Assembly: GCF_006345805.1 (NCBI RefSeq)
Contig: NW_021832310.1
Coordinates: 1 to 31,378, forward strand
Reading direction: 5' to 3'
Length of the DNA: 31,378 bases
Source: Octopus sinensis
Taxonomy: Eukaryota
Both the position numbers and the translations under genes were made by a program. Position 1 is the first letter of the stretch. Each line of letters opens with the position of its first letter. Below the pieces are notes generated by a model. The model was given only the letters and a program-made list of their open reading frames with translations, did not search any database and was not told the origin of the DNA. This document shows positions 1 through 12,444 of the stretch, piece by piece.

Positions 1-75
1 CGTACTGGAGTTGTTGCTTTTTGTGTGTGTTCTTCGTTTTATTTTGGATTTACCATAATATATATTGGATATACC

Positions 76-201
<126 letters not shown>

Positions 202-207
202 GTGTGT

Positions 208-463
208 GGAAGGCACGTGGCTTAGTGGTGTTAGAATCATGATCGTAAGATTATGGTTTCGATTCCTGAACCGGACGACGCGTTGTGATCTTGAGCAAAA
301 CACTTCATTTCACGTTGCTCCAGTCCACTCACCTGGCAAAGATGAGTAACGCTGCGATGGACTGGCGTCCCATCCAGCTGGGGAACACATACGCCATTGA
401 AACCGGGAAACAGGGCCCACGAGCCTGGCTAGGTTTTAAAAGGGCGCATTAATTATTTTTATT
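208..463 (+). mobile_element. tRNA-derived SINE, head A + tail 1
   Basis: A box TGGCTTAGTGG (218-228) and B box GGTTTCGATTCC (255-266). Core TTGAGCAAAACACTTCATTTCACGTTGCTCCAG is shared with copies at 4837, 6279 and 10590. Tail GTAACGCTGCGATGGACTGGCGTCC...AAAAGGGCGCA is shared with 5355-5466 (minus). Possible low-complexity TSD TATATACGTGTGT (195-207) / TATATACATGTGT (464-476). Confidence 0.9.
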
Positions 464-828
464 TATATACATGTGTATATAAATGCACGTACTGGAGCAT
501 ATTCAGAGACGTATATATCCGTGTATCCGTGCATGCATGTATGTATGGAAGTGCCTATGTATTTAGTCAACTGCTTTGCGCCGAATAATTATTCGATTAA
601 AACCGAGAGTGTACTGAGCATATTCCATATTCATTTTCTGTTTCATCACACACTCACCCCCACCCCACCCCACCAATAATTAATATTTTGCCGTTATTCG
701 GTGCTCGGATATAGATTTTTAAGCATATTGATTTCATTATTCACGTCTGAAGGTCAAGAATATTATTTCTCATCCAAGATGTACGGTCTTAAAACGATTA
801 GCCGTGTACGTTTGGGAGTGGTCTCATT

Positions 829-1167
829 ACACACACACACACACACACACATGCACACGCACATATATATTTATACACAGCCATATATACACATAATTAT
901 ACACACATATAAACATATATGAGTATATACATATATATATGTAAAGATAGATAGATATATATATATATATCTAACTATATGTTTATATCGATATTAGATA
1001 TATATATGCATATATATACAGTTTGTAAATACTTGTACCTATATAATATATATATATATTATATATATTATATATACATATACAATTATATTTATAGTAT
1101 ATATACATATATATGCATATATATATATATATATACAATTATATTTATAAATATATATATACATATA

Positions 1168-1212
<45 letters not shown>

Positions 1213-1499
1213 TTATAAATATATGCATAATTATACATGTTTATATATACACATACAAATATATCTATATATATATACAAATATATGCATACGTATATAT
1301 ATAATATAAATATATATATATATATATATATGTATATGTATATATATCTGTATGTATGGATATATGTGTGTGTACCATATATATTATATATATACCTCAC
1401 AAAATCTATATATACACATTATATTTATGTATTTACGTGTCTATATGCATATACATATATATCAATATATATATTATCATATATATATAAATATAATAT

Positions 1500-1543
<44 letters not shown>
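829..1543. repeat. Compound (CA)n/(TA)n microsatellite field
   Basis: Imperfect CA then TA dinucleotide arrays. Confidence 0.95.
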
Positions 1544-1545
<2 letters not shown>

Positions 1546-1894
1546 CTCGTTTTAATTGCAGTTGGCCATTATAAGGAATGTGCTGATTGTGGTTGATGCA
1601 CTTAATGGCAACGCTTCCTCTATATTTTCCATGCGATTTGTGGTTTTCCTTGTCGTTAGTGTGTTAATATTGATTACACGGCTAACTGCTTCTATTCTGC
1701 TCGTAGTTATTCCAATCTTCCAAATTCGAGATAGTTAATTGTACTTCCGTTTGCTATTGAAGACAAGTATGTTCGTTGTAGACGCCAAAAGTCTTGTAAA
1801 ACCTCGGCTATTTTGTTTCGACGCTAGCGCTTCACCTTCGTTTCTGAGTACAAATTACTCGTCTGAGTACGAGGCAGGCAGGAGGCTTTCTGTA

Positions 1895-1990
1895 TTTTTA
1901 ATATCCTTGGCTTGCTGAGGTCACTTGACGGCGGTCATGCAGGTGCACCGCCTAGAAAGGTTTAGTCGAACAGATCGACTCCTGCAATTA
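1895..1990 (-). mobile_element. 3' fragment of SINE family K, degenerate
   Basis: GTCACTTGACGGCGGTCATGCAGGTGCACCGCCT...TTTAGTCGAACAGATCGAC aligns with GTCATTTGACTGCGGCCATGCTGGAGCACCGCCTTTAATCGAGCAACTCGAC in the 11001-11399 copy. Confidence 0.75.
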
Positions 1991-1992
1991 CC

Positions 1993-2125
1993 CTTCTTCT
2001 TCTTCTTCTTCTTCTTCTTCTTCTTCTTCTTCTTCTTCTTCTTCTTTTCTCTTCTTCTTCTTCTTCCCTCCTCCTCCTCCTCCTCCTCCTCCTCCTTCTT
2101 CTTCTACTTCTTCCTCTTCTTTTTG

Positions 2126-2156
<31 letters not shown>

Positions 2157-2179
2157 ATTATTATTATTATTATTATTAG

Positions 2180-2254
<75 letters not shown>
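1993..2254. repeat. Compound (CTT)n/(CCT)n/(TTA)n trinucleotide tract
   Basis: Direct inspection. Confidence 0.97.
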
Positions 2255-2255
<1 letters not shown>

Positions 2256-2256
<1 letters not shown>

Positions 2257-2478
2257 GGTAGCGAGTTAGCAGAACCGTTAACACGTGGAAAGATGCATAG
2301 TGGTTATCCGCTCGTCGCTAATGTCTGAGTTCAAATTCCACCGAAGTCAACTTTGCCTTTTATCCTTTCGAGGGTCGATAAAATAAGTACCAGTTTTGTA
2401 CTGGGGTCAATGTATTCGACTAGTCCCCTCCCCCAAATTTTCAGGCCTTGTGCATATAGTAGAAAAGTCTATTATTAT
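2256..2478 (+). mobile_element. SINE family M, tail Y, diverged
   Basis: CGGTAGCGAGTTAGCAGAACCGTTAACACG head and GAGTTCAAATTCC B-box-like segment. Core GTCAACTTTGCCTTTTATCCTTTCG..GGTCGATAAAATAAGTACCAG and tail CCTTGTGCATATAGTAGAAAAG. Homologous to 4286, 5812, 20956 and 24999. Confidence 0.9.
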
Positions 2479-2529
2479 TGAGAGAGAGAACAGTGATACG
2501 GGGGTAAAATATACGAAGCCCAATATACC

Positions 2530-2984
2530 CATTATGACTACTCCTCTGATAAGGGTACACCAGTTACATGCATCACAACCATATGTGCGCGACAAGGTGA
2601 TCTCATATCAAGATAAATAGCGCATGACCTTGCAGGTGGGGCCCAGTTAGAATTTTCATCAGGTCAAGTAGCCCATCCAACTCAAAAGGTCCCTGAATAA
2701 GGGTTGTTTAAGGATGTGGAACGAAATATCCATGTTTCCAGAAGTGAATTGTCCAAACCCCAAAGAATTCCTCGCAACACATGGCTATGATGCTCCCCCA
2801 ATACTCCTGCTCATGATCAGAGATGCACATATCGTCAGCCACTAAGGGACATGCTCAATTGACAAGCACATCTGTGGTATTGAGCTATTTGCTGTAGACC
2901 ATATTTTATCCCAACACAAGACAACGTACATGATAACACTTCTAAACAGTTAAAATCAGAAGTCATGAGAGCCACTACCTGGGC

Positions 2985-2985
<1 letters not shown>
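2530..2985. mobile_element. Unclassified interspersed repeat (recalled as common in Octopus)
   Basis: Single copy in this window with no ORF homology. The call rests on my recollection of the segment CATGACCTTGCAGGTGGGGCCCAGTTAGAATTTTC...GATCAGAGATGCACATATCGTCAGCCACTAAGGGAC. Class and strand are unknown. Confidence 0.45.
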
Positions 2986-2987
<2 letters not shown>

Positions 2988-3032
<45 letters not shown>

Positions 3033-3114
3033 CATTATTATTATTATATTATTATTATTATTATTATCATTATCATCATTATAGTTGTTATTATTATTAT
3101 TATCATTATTATTA

Positions 3115-3160
<46 letters not shown>

Positions 3161-3188
3161 TATTATTATTGTTATTATTATCATTATT

Positions 3189-3250
<62 letters not shown>

Positions 3251-3299
3251 CATTATTATTGTTGTTGTTGTTGTTGTTGCTGTTATTGTTGTTATCTCT
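2988..3299. repeat. (TTA)n/(TCA)n/(TTG)n trinucleotide tract
   Basis: Direct inspection. Confidence 0.97.
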
Positions 3300-3410
3300 G
3301 TACGACACGATCGTCTATATCATTTAAATATTCTCTTATAAATTTTAACATCTCCTCTCCATTTTTAACAAAAATTGATAGTTTTATGGAATTTCTTTCC
3401 ATAAATTCAC

Positions 3411-3610
<200 letters not shown>

Positions 3611-3611
3611 C

Positions 3612-3820
3612 GTGTTTGCTTGAACCCGTATGAGTTACGACTGGCGTTGGTTTGTTTACGTTCTTATAGCTTAGTGGTACTTCAAAAAGAGAGCTACAGA
3701 ACACGTGCCAGGCTCAAAAATAATTACTGCAGTCGTTCTGCGTGACGAAGACCTTTCAAGGCGGTGCCTCAGCATGGCCGCAATACAATGACTGAAAGAA
3801 TTAAAAGAAGAATAAAAAGG
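3612..3820 (+). mobile_element. 3' half of SINE family K, degenerate
   Basis: AAGGCGGTGCCTCAGCATGGCCGCAATACAATGACTGAAAGAATTAAAAG matches the reverse complement of 11015-11065. Upstream TGGTTTGTTTACGTTC..TAGCTTAGTGGT matches the K body. Confidence 0.8.
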
Positions 3821-4285
3821 GATGTTTAGGGAGAGACATTTGTCGCATTCTGTCAATAATTAGTAATCAGTCGATGTTAATTAATTAATCCTTTCAATAT
3901 CATTGAAGTATGATTAAAATCGATAAGTGTAAATGATTAATTTTTTGAAAGGAATCTATTAACAGTTTGATTAATTCATGAAGTCAATTAGAATTAACTG
4001 AAATTATATAATTAGAGAAAGGTTTGCATTCCGATGACATTCATAATTCTAGCATTTGTCAAAATGCCAGAAATTCTTGAGGAAAGGGCCAATTGATTGT
4101 ATCGACCCCGCTTTGACAATACTCTGTTCAATGCTTTATTGAATTATCGGATTTGCTGCATTGCTTAAAAATTGTGTCATGTCGATGGACCTTCTGCAGG
4201 TTCTGAGTGGGGTATTAAACAACTATGAATAGCAAATTATGCGATTCGTGTTCGATTTGTGAGTAGTGCCGGTACTTTGGCGCTA

Positions 4286-4698
4286 AAGGCGGCGAGCTGG
4301 CAGAAACGTTAGCACACCGGGCGAAATGCATAGCCGTATTTCGTCTGCCATTACGTTCTGAGTTCAAATTCCGCCGAGGTCGACTTTGCCTTTCATCCTT
4401 TCGGGATCGATCAATTAAGTACCAGTTATGCACTGGGGTCGATGTAATCGACTTAATCCGTTCGTCTGTCCTTGTTTGTCCTCTCTGTGTTTAACCCCTT
4501 GTGGGTGGTAAAGAAATAAGCATTTCGTCTGCCGTTACGTTCTGAGTTCAAATTCCGCCGAGGTCGACTTCGCCTTTCATCCTTTCGGGATCGATCAAGT
4601 ACCAGTTACGCACTGGGGTCGATGTAATCGACTTAATCCGTTTGTCTGTCCTTGTTTGTCCTCTCTGTGTTTAACTCCTTGTGGGTAGTAAAGAAATA
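4286..4698 (+). mobile_element. SINE family M tandem dimer (full unit + head-less unit, both tail X)
   Basis: AAGGCGGCGAGCTGGCAGAAACGTTAGCAC head. The second unit restarts at CATTTCGTCTGCC (4521). Flanking direct repeat GGTACTTTGGC at 4271-4281 and 4699-4709. Confidence 0.93.
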
Positions 4699-4836
4699 GG
4701 TACTTTGGCTCAAATACATTTCCGGATTACTGATTTTTTCGAACCAGGGATAGTTACCTTGGTCAACATATTCTAAATTAAACAAAGATTAATGTTTTAC
4801 ACAAAGAATTAAATGTTGTATATTTAAATACGCATA

Positions 4837-5173
4837 CGAAGTCACATGCCTCAGTGGTTAGAGCAATGGGCACACAATCATTAGATTGTAAGTTCGATTC
4901 CTAGGCTGGGCTATGTGTTGTGTTCTTAAGCAAGACACTTTATTCCACGTTGCTCCAGTTCACTCAGCTGTAGAAATCATTTGCAATGTCGCTAGTGCCA
5001 AGTTGTATCGGCCTTTGCTTTTCCCTTGGATAACATCAGTGGCATGAAGGGGGAGGCTGGCGTGCATGGGCAACTGCTGGTCTTCCCTAAACAACCTTGC
5101 CTGGACCTGTGCCTTAGAAGGGAACTTTCCTCCTGCAATCCCATGGTCATTCATGACCGAAGAGGCTCTTTAT
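4837..5173 (+). mobile_element. tRNA-derived SINE, head A + tail 3
   Basis: A box TGCCTCAGTGG, B box AGTTCGATTCC, core CTTAAGCAAGACACTTTATTCCACGTTGCTCCAG. TSD ATACGCATA at 4828-4836 and 5174-5182. Confidence 0.88.
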
Positions 5174-5354
5174 ATACGCATATATATACAGAAGCAACAC
5201 TAATTTACGGAACATTCGGACCTAAAGAATTTTCCGGATTACTGATATTTCCGAACCAGAGGTAGTCACTTTAGTCAACACACTCTGAAATACAGATACC
5301 TGTGCAATACTATAAAAGATACAAGTTCATTAATAATGTACTGTTCAAGGTATT

Positions 5355-5657
5355 TTTTCTTTGCGCCCTTTTCAAGCCTAGCCAGGACCATGGTCCCGCT
5401 TTCCTGGTTTCTGTGGCGTATGAGTTCCCCCCAGCTGGACCGGACGCCAGTCCATCGCAGCGTTACCCAAGAAACAGGAAGAAAGAGTGAGAGAAAGTTG
5501 GGGCGAAAGAGTACAACAGGGGTCGCCCCCCCTAGCCTCGTGGAGCTTTAGGTATTTTCCCTCAATAAACACGCACAACGCCCGGTCTGGGAATCGAAAC
5601 CGAGATCCTCCGACCGCGAGTCCGCTGCCCTAACCACTGGGCCATTGCGCCTCCACA
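5355..5657 (-). mobile_element. tRNA-derived SINE, head B + tail 1
   Basis: Minus strand reads TGTGGAGGCGCAATGGCCCAGTGGTTAGGGCAGCGG...GGTTTCGATTCCC (A and B boxes). Perfect 11-bp TSD TTCAAGGTATT at 5344-5354 and 5658-5668. Confidence 0.95.
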
Positions 5658-5811
5658 TTCAAGGTATTAGCGAAGGCAAATTACCAATTAACTCATCTGT
5701 TAGCCGCGGAGATTTCTTACTCGGATATTAGAGCAGAGTATAAATAGTTCCAGACCATCAGTGTTCGGAAAGTCGGTACTGTGCCTGTATAAAGGCAATA
5801 TGCTGTTACGT

Positions 5812-6234
5812 ATGGGCGACGAGCTGGCAGAAACGTTAGCACGCCGGCAAAGTGCTTAGTACTATTTCGTCTGTCTTTACGTTCCGAGTTCAAATTCTGC
5901 CAAGTCGACTTTGACTTCCATCCTTTCGGGGTCGATTAAATAAATGCCGGTTACGCACTGGGGTGGATATAATCGACTTAATCCCTTTGTCTGTCCTTGT
6001 TTATCCTTGTGGGCAGTTAAGAAATAAGAGACGTTAGCACACCGGGTAAAATACTTAGCGCTATTTCGTCTGTCTTTACGTTCTGAGTCCAAATTCTGCC
6101 GAGGCCGACTTTGCCTTTCATCCTTTCGGGGTTGATAAATTAAGTACCAGTTGCGTACTAGGGTTGATCTAATCAACTGGCTCCCCCCCCCCCAAAAAAA
6201 AAAAATTGCGGACCTTGTGCCTAGAATAGTAAAG
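5812..6234 (+). mobile_element. SINE family M heterodimer (tail X unit + tail Y unit)
   Basis: GGCGACGAGCTGGCAGAAACGTTAGCACG head. The second unit starts at ACGTTAGCAC (6031). 15-bp TSD with one mismatch: AATATGCTGTTACGT (5797-5811) / AATATACTGTTACGT (6235-6249). Confidence 0.93.
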
Positions 6235-6278
6235 AATATACTGTTACGTGCATTTGAAATAAATGTCTCTCGAATACT

Positions 6279-6535
6279 GAAGATGCGTGGCTTAAGTGTT
6301 AGGGGTGTGGCACTCACGATCCCGCGATCGTGATCTCGATTTCCGGATCGGGCAGGTCGTTGTGTTTTTAAGCAAAACATTTCATTTCGCAAAGTTTCAT
6401 TTTACTCAGCTGTAAATGAGCGATTCTCTGACGGACAAGGCGCCCCATCCAGAGCTGAACGTTGCAACCTCGGTCCCTTATACGCCGTAGAAACCAGGAA
6501 ACCGTCTATAGGAGTCCTAGGACTCGAGACGTTAA
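6279..6535 (+). mobile_element. Degenerate SINE, head A + tail 1-like
   Basis: GATGCGTGGCTTAAGTGTTAG head, TTTTAAGCAAAACATTTCATTTC core, and GGCGCCCCATCCAG..TACGCCGTAGAAACCAGGAAAC tail similar to 346-420. Confidence 0.75.
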
Positions 6536-7349
6536 TGTTCATAGGTTGATGATGGTGATGTGCCTAACGTCAAGTCAATTAACATTGTGTAACGGTAGCA
6601 TTATTCTGTATTTAGTACTGATAGAAATAGTCAAACAAAGCCCGATATTAAATTAGTGCAAATACGCAATGTGACACAAGTGTTATTAATTAACTCGATA
6701 TCTATGACTAAAATAAAGTGGGCGAAAAAGAATCCGAGGGTGAACTAGTCCATAGTCTACCGGGCAAAAATCAAAACAGTTTGGGTTCAGACACAACCAT
6801 ATGGTTATAAAGTTGTTTCCGTATCCCGAGGTTTCGTGTCGATTTTAATATGCAAAATCTTAAACAAGTTTCTTCTATCATAGTTAAGCTTCGACTATAG
6901 TTTTGTAATTAAAGAAGTGTAGACAGAAATGCCGTGAGCCAGAGGAGGGCACAAAGCCATTTTTGAAGCGAGGATGATATTCTTAATCTGTTACCTTCTT
7001 TCATACTACCATGTGTTCCTTGAGTGTCTTTAGCAGAGCCCACGTTCTTTCAGATTTAAGGCAGGTCTACTGATTGAAGAAAAGTCATTCGCTTTATTTC
7101 CTTCATCTCTTTTATCCAGTATTGAGGAAGACGCCGCGCTGTTCTTTCTATTTTAACATATACATAGCAATTCTATTGATAAAATTCGTAGGAGAATATC
7201 AGACCACATGTTCTTTAAGCACGGCTCAGCATAATCATTTGTGGTTTATCTATTTATAGCCTTATCAGCCTCGAGTCCGGCAATTAAAAACGAATTACTT
7301 AATGTGTCTCGAAGTTTCTAAATTTACACGATGTAAACAACTTGCATAT

Positions 7350-8150
<801 letters not shown>

Positions 8151-8469
8151 ATATATATTTAAATACAGACAGACACGTCATTTACAGTCATGATGTAAAG
8201 AAACAAGAACTGTTGGTGGTGGCGATGGTGGTAGTGGTGGGAGTTATTTGCCAGTGATATATGTAGCTGAGCACATAGTAACAGTGGTAGTAGTGGTATT
8301 TTTAGTTGTAGTGCGGAGGTGAAAGGCCACTAGAACTATATTACTGTTCGGTATGAAGAATTAAATGTTGCCGCCTGGAAAAATATTGGTTTGACAGAAC
8401 CAGACGATTTATTTATTGATGTATCGTCGCCATATTTTGTTTGTTACATTGCGACTAACGAGAGCAACA

Positions 8470-8503
8470 TTAACTACGAGAACGGCTACGATGACGACGA
8501 CGG

Positions 8504-8563
<60 letters not shown>

Positions 8564-8610
8564 TAATAATAATAATAATAATAATGATCACAATAACAAC
8601 AACAACAACC
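8470..8610. repeat. (GAC)n/(AAC)n/(AAT)n trinucleotide tract
   Basis: Direct inspection. Confidence 0.93.
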
Positions 8611-9785
8611 TTATATACAGTAGTCTACTTTACATTATTAATGCGTTCAACCCGCAGCGTACGAAAAAGCCAGTCATATCTTTACATACTTGAAATGCAG
8701 GAATGAATGATTTCGTGTCGGTTTTTAAAAGCAATCCCAATCGCTATTAACAATTGAAGCAATATTTTAGCTGATAAGAAAGAAAAGGAAAAACTGTTGG
8801 TCTTTGCAGGACTAAAGAATTTCGGGATTTTTCATTACTTTCCATTAGTTTTTCCCTACTGGATGTCGATAAATTCAAACGTCAAATCATCGAGGCAACG
8901 GATTTTTCTCGAATGAGCACAACGATAGAGTAGCCATATTTAATGAAAGGATAAGATATGGTTAAGAGATAGCGTTGGACCATAACTAGTAATATATCAA
9001 TATCTGGCGTTTAGATTTAATCGCTAGATATGTGAATCACAAGTATTGAACAGTGTAAGTATTCAACAGAAATCATTCGGAAACAAAATATTTTATCAAT
9101 AGTGGAGAATAGGGGAAAATTGACTCAAAATCCATTGAAGCTTTGAAAAACAAAAATGTCAATTTGACATATTCGTCTCTCCAAAATCTGCAAAACATGT
9201 TTGATGAGTTTTATTTTATTTTGTTCTAGGTTTATTTATTGTTATTTTACTTCTTTCGTTTTGTCTATGAAAATAATCTCTGGGTAACGACTATGTAAAG
9301 TATTCAAGAAATGAGCAACATTATATATATACATCGACGCGCGTATAGATACACACGCAAACGCACAGGCATACACAGACATAGACTCACACACACGCCA
9401 GCACAAATACACACACACACAACTCATATATGCAAATGAGGAATATCAATAACGACTGAAACAATAACAAAGTAGGGAGTTATGTGCAAGAGCTCATGCA
9501 TACAGGCATTCATGAATGAACGATTATATAAAAAAACACTTATGAAAAGTGTGTAAATTCGCAACCTTGCCCATATATGCACATATAGACGTAATTATAT
9601 ATGTAAACAATTGGTTACAAAGACACACACACAGACACAAACAGACACAAACACCCATATTTATATGTACATACAGACACACAGACACAGACGCGCATAC
9701 ATAAATGTGCTTTTGCCAATTTTCTCTTGATGAGGAGAGCCGGACTATACATATATATAAATGTATATATATATATATATATATA

Positions 9786-10097
9786 TGGAGGCGCAATGGC
9801 CCAGTGATTAGGGCAGCGGACTCGCGGTCATAGGATCGCGGTTTTGACTCCCAGACCGGGCGTTGTGAGTGTTTATTGAGCGAAAACACCTAATGCTCCA
9901 GGAGGCTCCGGCAGGGGGTGATGGCAATTCCTGCTGTACTCTTTCGCCACAACTTTCTCTCAATCTTTCTTCTGTAGGCCTGCTCGCTTAGCCAGCAGGG
10001 TGGCGTCATTTGAAGGCTACAACAATGCGAAGCACATTGTGACCAGCGATGTGGAGCAGCGTCTGATAGCCTGGTCGGTCACGGTGATCACAGTGAT
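9786..10097 (+). mobile_element. tRNA-derived SINE, head B + tail 2
   Basis: TGGAGGCGCAATGGCCCAGTGATTAGGGCAGCGGACTCGCGGTC head is collinear with the 5657 copy for about 190 bp. It then carries a different tail ending GGTCGGTCACGGTGATCACAGTGAT. Sits within a (TA)n tract. Confidence 0.93.
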
Positions 10098-10589
10098 ATA
10101 TATATATATATATATTTATATAATATATATGTATATGTATATATTGTATATATACATACACACACACATGTATGAATAAATATATATTTATACACATATA
10201 CACCCATACTATATATATATATATTATATATATATATATATATACACACGACACATACACACACAGACACTGATGTTCAATTTGTTGAACGCGCATTTTA
10301 CCGTGTTATTGATTCATAATTTTAAAAGCATGATTTGTAAAGCAACTCCGGAAGGATTCTCCTTGTAATACATGCTTAGAACGGGTCAGGTTATGCTTAA
10401 CATTTCGGAAGACGCTGAATCATTCTAGAATGAAAGAGACTAGTGAAGTTACTTTTTGACAAACGTCAGATTTCGGATTTGATAGTAATTATAAAAGAAG
10501 CGAGGGATGTTGTTATACTTATGCAATGTAGAGCATCCAGTCTGTAAAGAGAAGGGATGAGTTTCATTCCTTCAGATAACCCAAAACTA

Positions 10590-10908
10590 GTACTCCATTG
10601 GCTACGATAGTGAGGTCGGGTTTCATCTGATCCGATCAACAGAAAAGCATTCTCGTGATATGAATGTGCAAGTGGGCGAGCCCTCTACAGACACGTTTAC
10701 CCATAACATAGTTCTCAGGGAGATTCAGTGCCACACGGAATGCGACAAAGCTGGCTATTTGAAAGATATGTAGTATTCATTTTGCCAGTTGATTGAACTA
10801 GAGCAACCTCAAATAAATAGTCCTACTCAAGGACACAACGTGCTGTCGGAAATCGAGCCCACGACCTTCCGATCGCTAGCCGAAAACCTTAACCACGAAG
10901 CCACGCGC
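10590..10908 (-). mobile_element. tRNA-derived SINE, head A + tail 4
   Basis: Minus strand reads GCGCGTGGCTTCGTGGTTAAGG..GGCTCGATTTCC..GTTGTGTCCTTGAGTAGGAC..GTTGCTCTAGTTCAATCAACTGGCAAAATGAATAC, collinear with 208-350, then an unrelated tail. Confidence 0.85.
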
Positions 10909-11000
10909 TCTCTCTTAGATAAAGTTATCTGAAAACCAGCAGACATCAGTCTAAGACTAAGTAATGAATGTGAGCTCTCGACAGAGATACAGAATGTTAT

Positions 11001-11399
11001 ACTCTCTTTTTCTCTTTTACTTGTTTCAGTCATTTGACTGCGGCCATGCTGGAGCACCGCCTTTAATCGAGCAACTCGACCCCGGGACTTATTCTTTTGT
11101 AAGCCCAGTACTTATTCTATCGGTCTCTTTTTGCCGAACCGCTAAGTGACGGGAACATAAACACACCAGCATCGGTTGTCAAGCAATGCTAGGGGGACAA
11201 ACACAAAGACGCATATATATATATATACATATATACGACGGGCTTCTTTTCAGTTTCCGTCTACCAAATCCACTCACAAGGCTTTGGTCGGCCCGAGGCT
11301 ATAGCAGAAGACACTTGCCCAAGGTGCCACACAGTGGGACTGAACCCGGAACCATGTGGTTGGTAAACAAGCTACTTACCACACAGCCACTCCTGCGCC
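11001..11399 (-). mobile_element. Full-length SINE family K
   Basis: Minus strand GGCGCAGGAGTGGCTGTGTGGTAAG (A box)..GGTTCCGGGTTCAGTCCC (B box). Internal (TA)n at about 11214-11236 and 3' (AAAAG)n-like tail. Near-identical to 25919-26358. Confidence 0.95.
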
Positions 11400-11766
11400 C
11401 GTTATGCATCTTTTTCTTATATAGATTTTAAACTCCCCCACTTTGTGTTCACTCGTCGTGCTTAGATTCAGCTTCTTCCATTGAACAGTCATCGATGGAG
11501 AGCTCCCTCCTACGCTTCTCAATTAAGTTATGTTCCCTTCTTTCGCGTCCAAATTTATACGATCCTCCTAACTCTTTAGCATTCAGGTTATTCTATCAAA
11601 TGCAATACTTACATCATCAAATTGTTTTGAACTAATTATGCATTACATTGTAGCTTCGAAAGGTAGATAATGTGATTGTTTATTGTTAGAGTGACATTGT
11701 AGAGTAGGTGTGCAAAGCCAGATCTTGCCAGTTAGAACATAAAAACAGGGAGAATATTTAGACAGG

Positions 11767-11957
11767 ATACATATGTGTGTATGCATATGTATGTATGTAT
11801 GTATGCATGTGTATATATATGTATGCATGAGTATGTATCTGTGTGTTTATGTATTGGCATAAAACCCAGGACATACACGCAAAAAAAGCAAAAACATTGC
11901 AACACATGCCATAGCCTCATTCATAAACAGCGGCGCTCATACGCCCCTTCATCGATT
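11767..11957 (+). repeat. Left arm of long inverted repeat
   Basis: 11821-11957 is the reverse complement of 13664-13800 with about 8 differences in 137 bp. 11767-11792 is the exact reverse complement of 13801-13826. Confidence 0.95.
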
Positions 11958-12295
11958 AATTGCTAAAAGGATAATTATACAATGCCCTCAACTATAATCC
12001 TAGACTCAAACACTTCTCAAAATCTACGGAAGAGAGAACAACACACCATAATGTTCTAAACGAATCCAAGCATCTTCGATGCAAATTCTCTCCAAGATTT
12101 CTCAAACATATAACGATTTCTTCATCCAAAGATCTCTCAAAATCCACAAAATTACCAATGTCACACTATAGGACCTTGAAAGAAAAATTCAAGCAATCCA
12201 GAAACAAGCGTCCCGCAAGATATCAGACAGTTAAGTAAACGTACCACAGCTGCAATGGAAAGGAGACTACTCGGAAAACAAATCTGTACAATGTG

Positions 12296-12432
12296 TCGTA
12301 TGCGTGGCAGTATGGTAAAAAGCTTACCTTATAATTTCATGGCTCCAGGTTATTTCCCCCTTCATGGCACCTCGGGTAAGCCTTCTACAATAGCCTTGGG
12401 TCCACCAAACACCTGTGAGTGGATTAAAGAAA
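12296..12432 (+). mobile_element. Degenerate 5' part of SINE family K
   Basis: CGTGGCAGTATGGTAAAAAGCTTACC..CATGGCTCCAGGTT..TGGCACCTCGGGTAAG..CTTCTACAATAGCCTTGGGTCCACCAAA..TGTGAGTGGATT matches the K head, and is followed by TA/CA microsatellite. Confidence 0.75.
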
Positions 12433-12444
12433 CCTATCCTGAAT

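Noticed and set aside
582-595. Perfect 14-bp palindrome CGAATAATTATTCG
   Set aside because: Isolated and AT-rich; expected occasionally by chance in 31 kb.
1545-1800. Possible GIY-YIG/Penelope coding remnant
   Set aside because: Manual minus-strand translation gave multiple stops in all frames and no recognisable motif.
1801-1850. Second hammerhead-like motif on the minus strand (..CGAAGG..CGTCGAAAC)
   Set aside because: The CUGANGA core is absent and no UH cleavage site or stem I can be formed.
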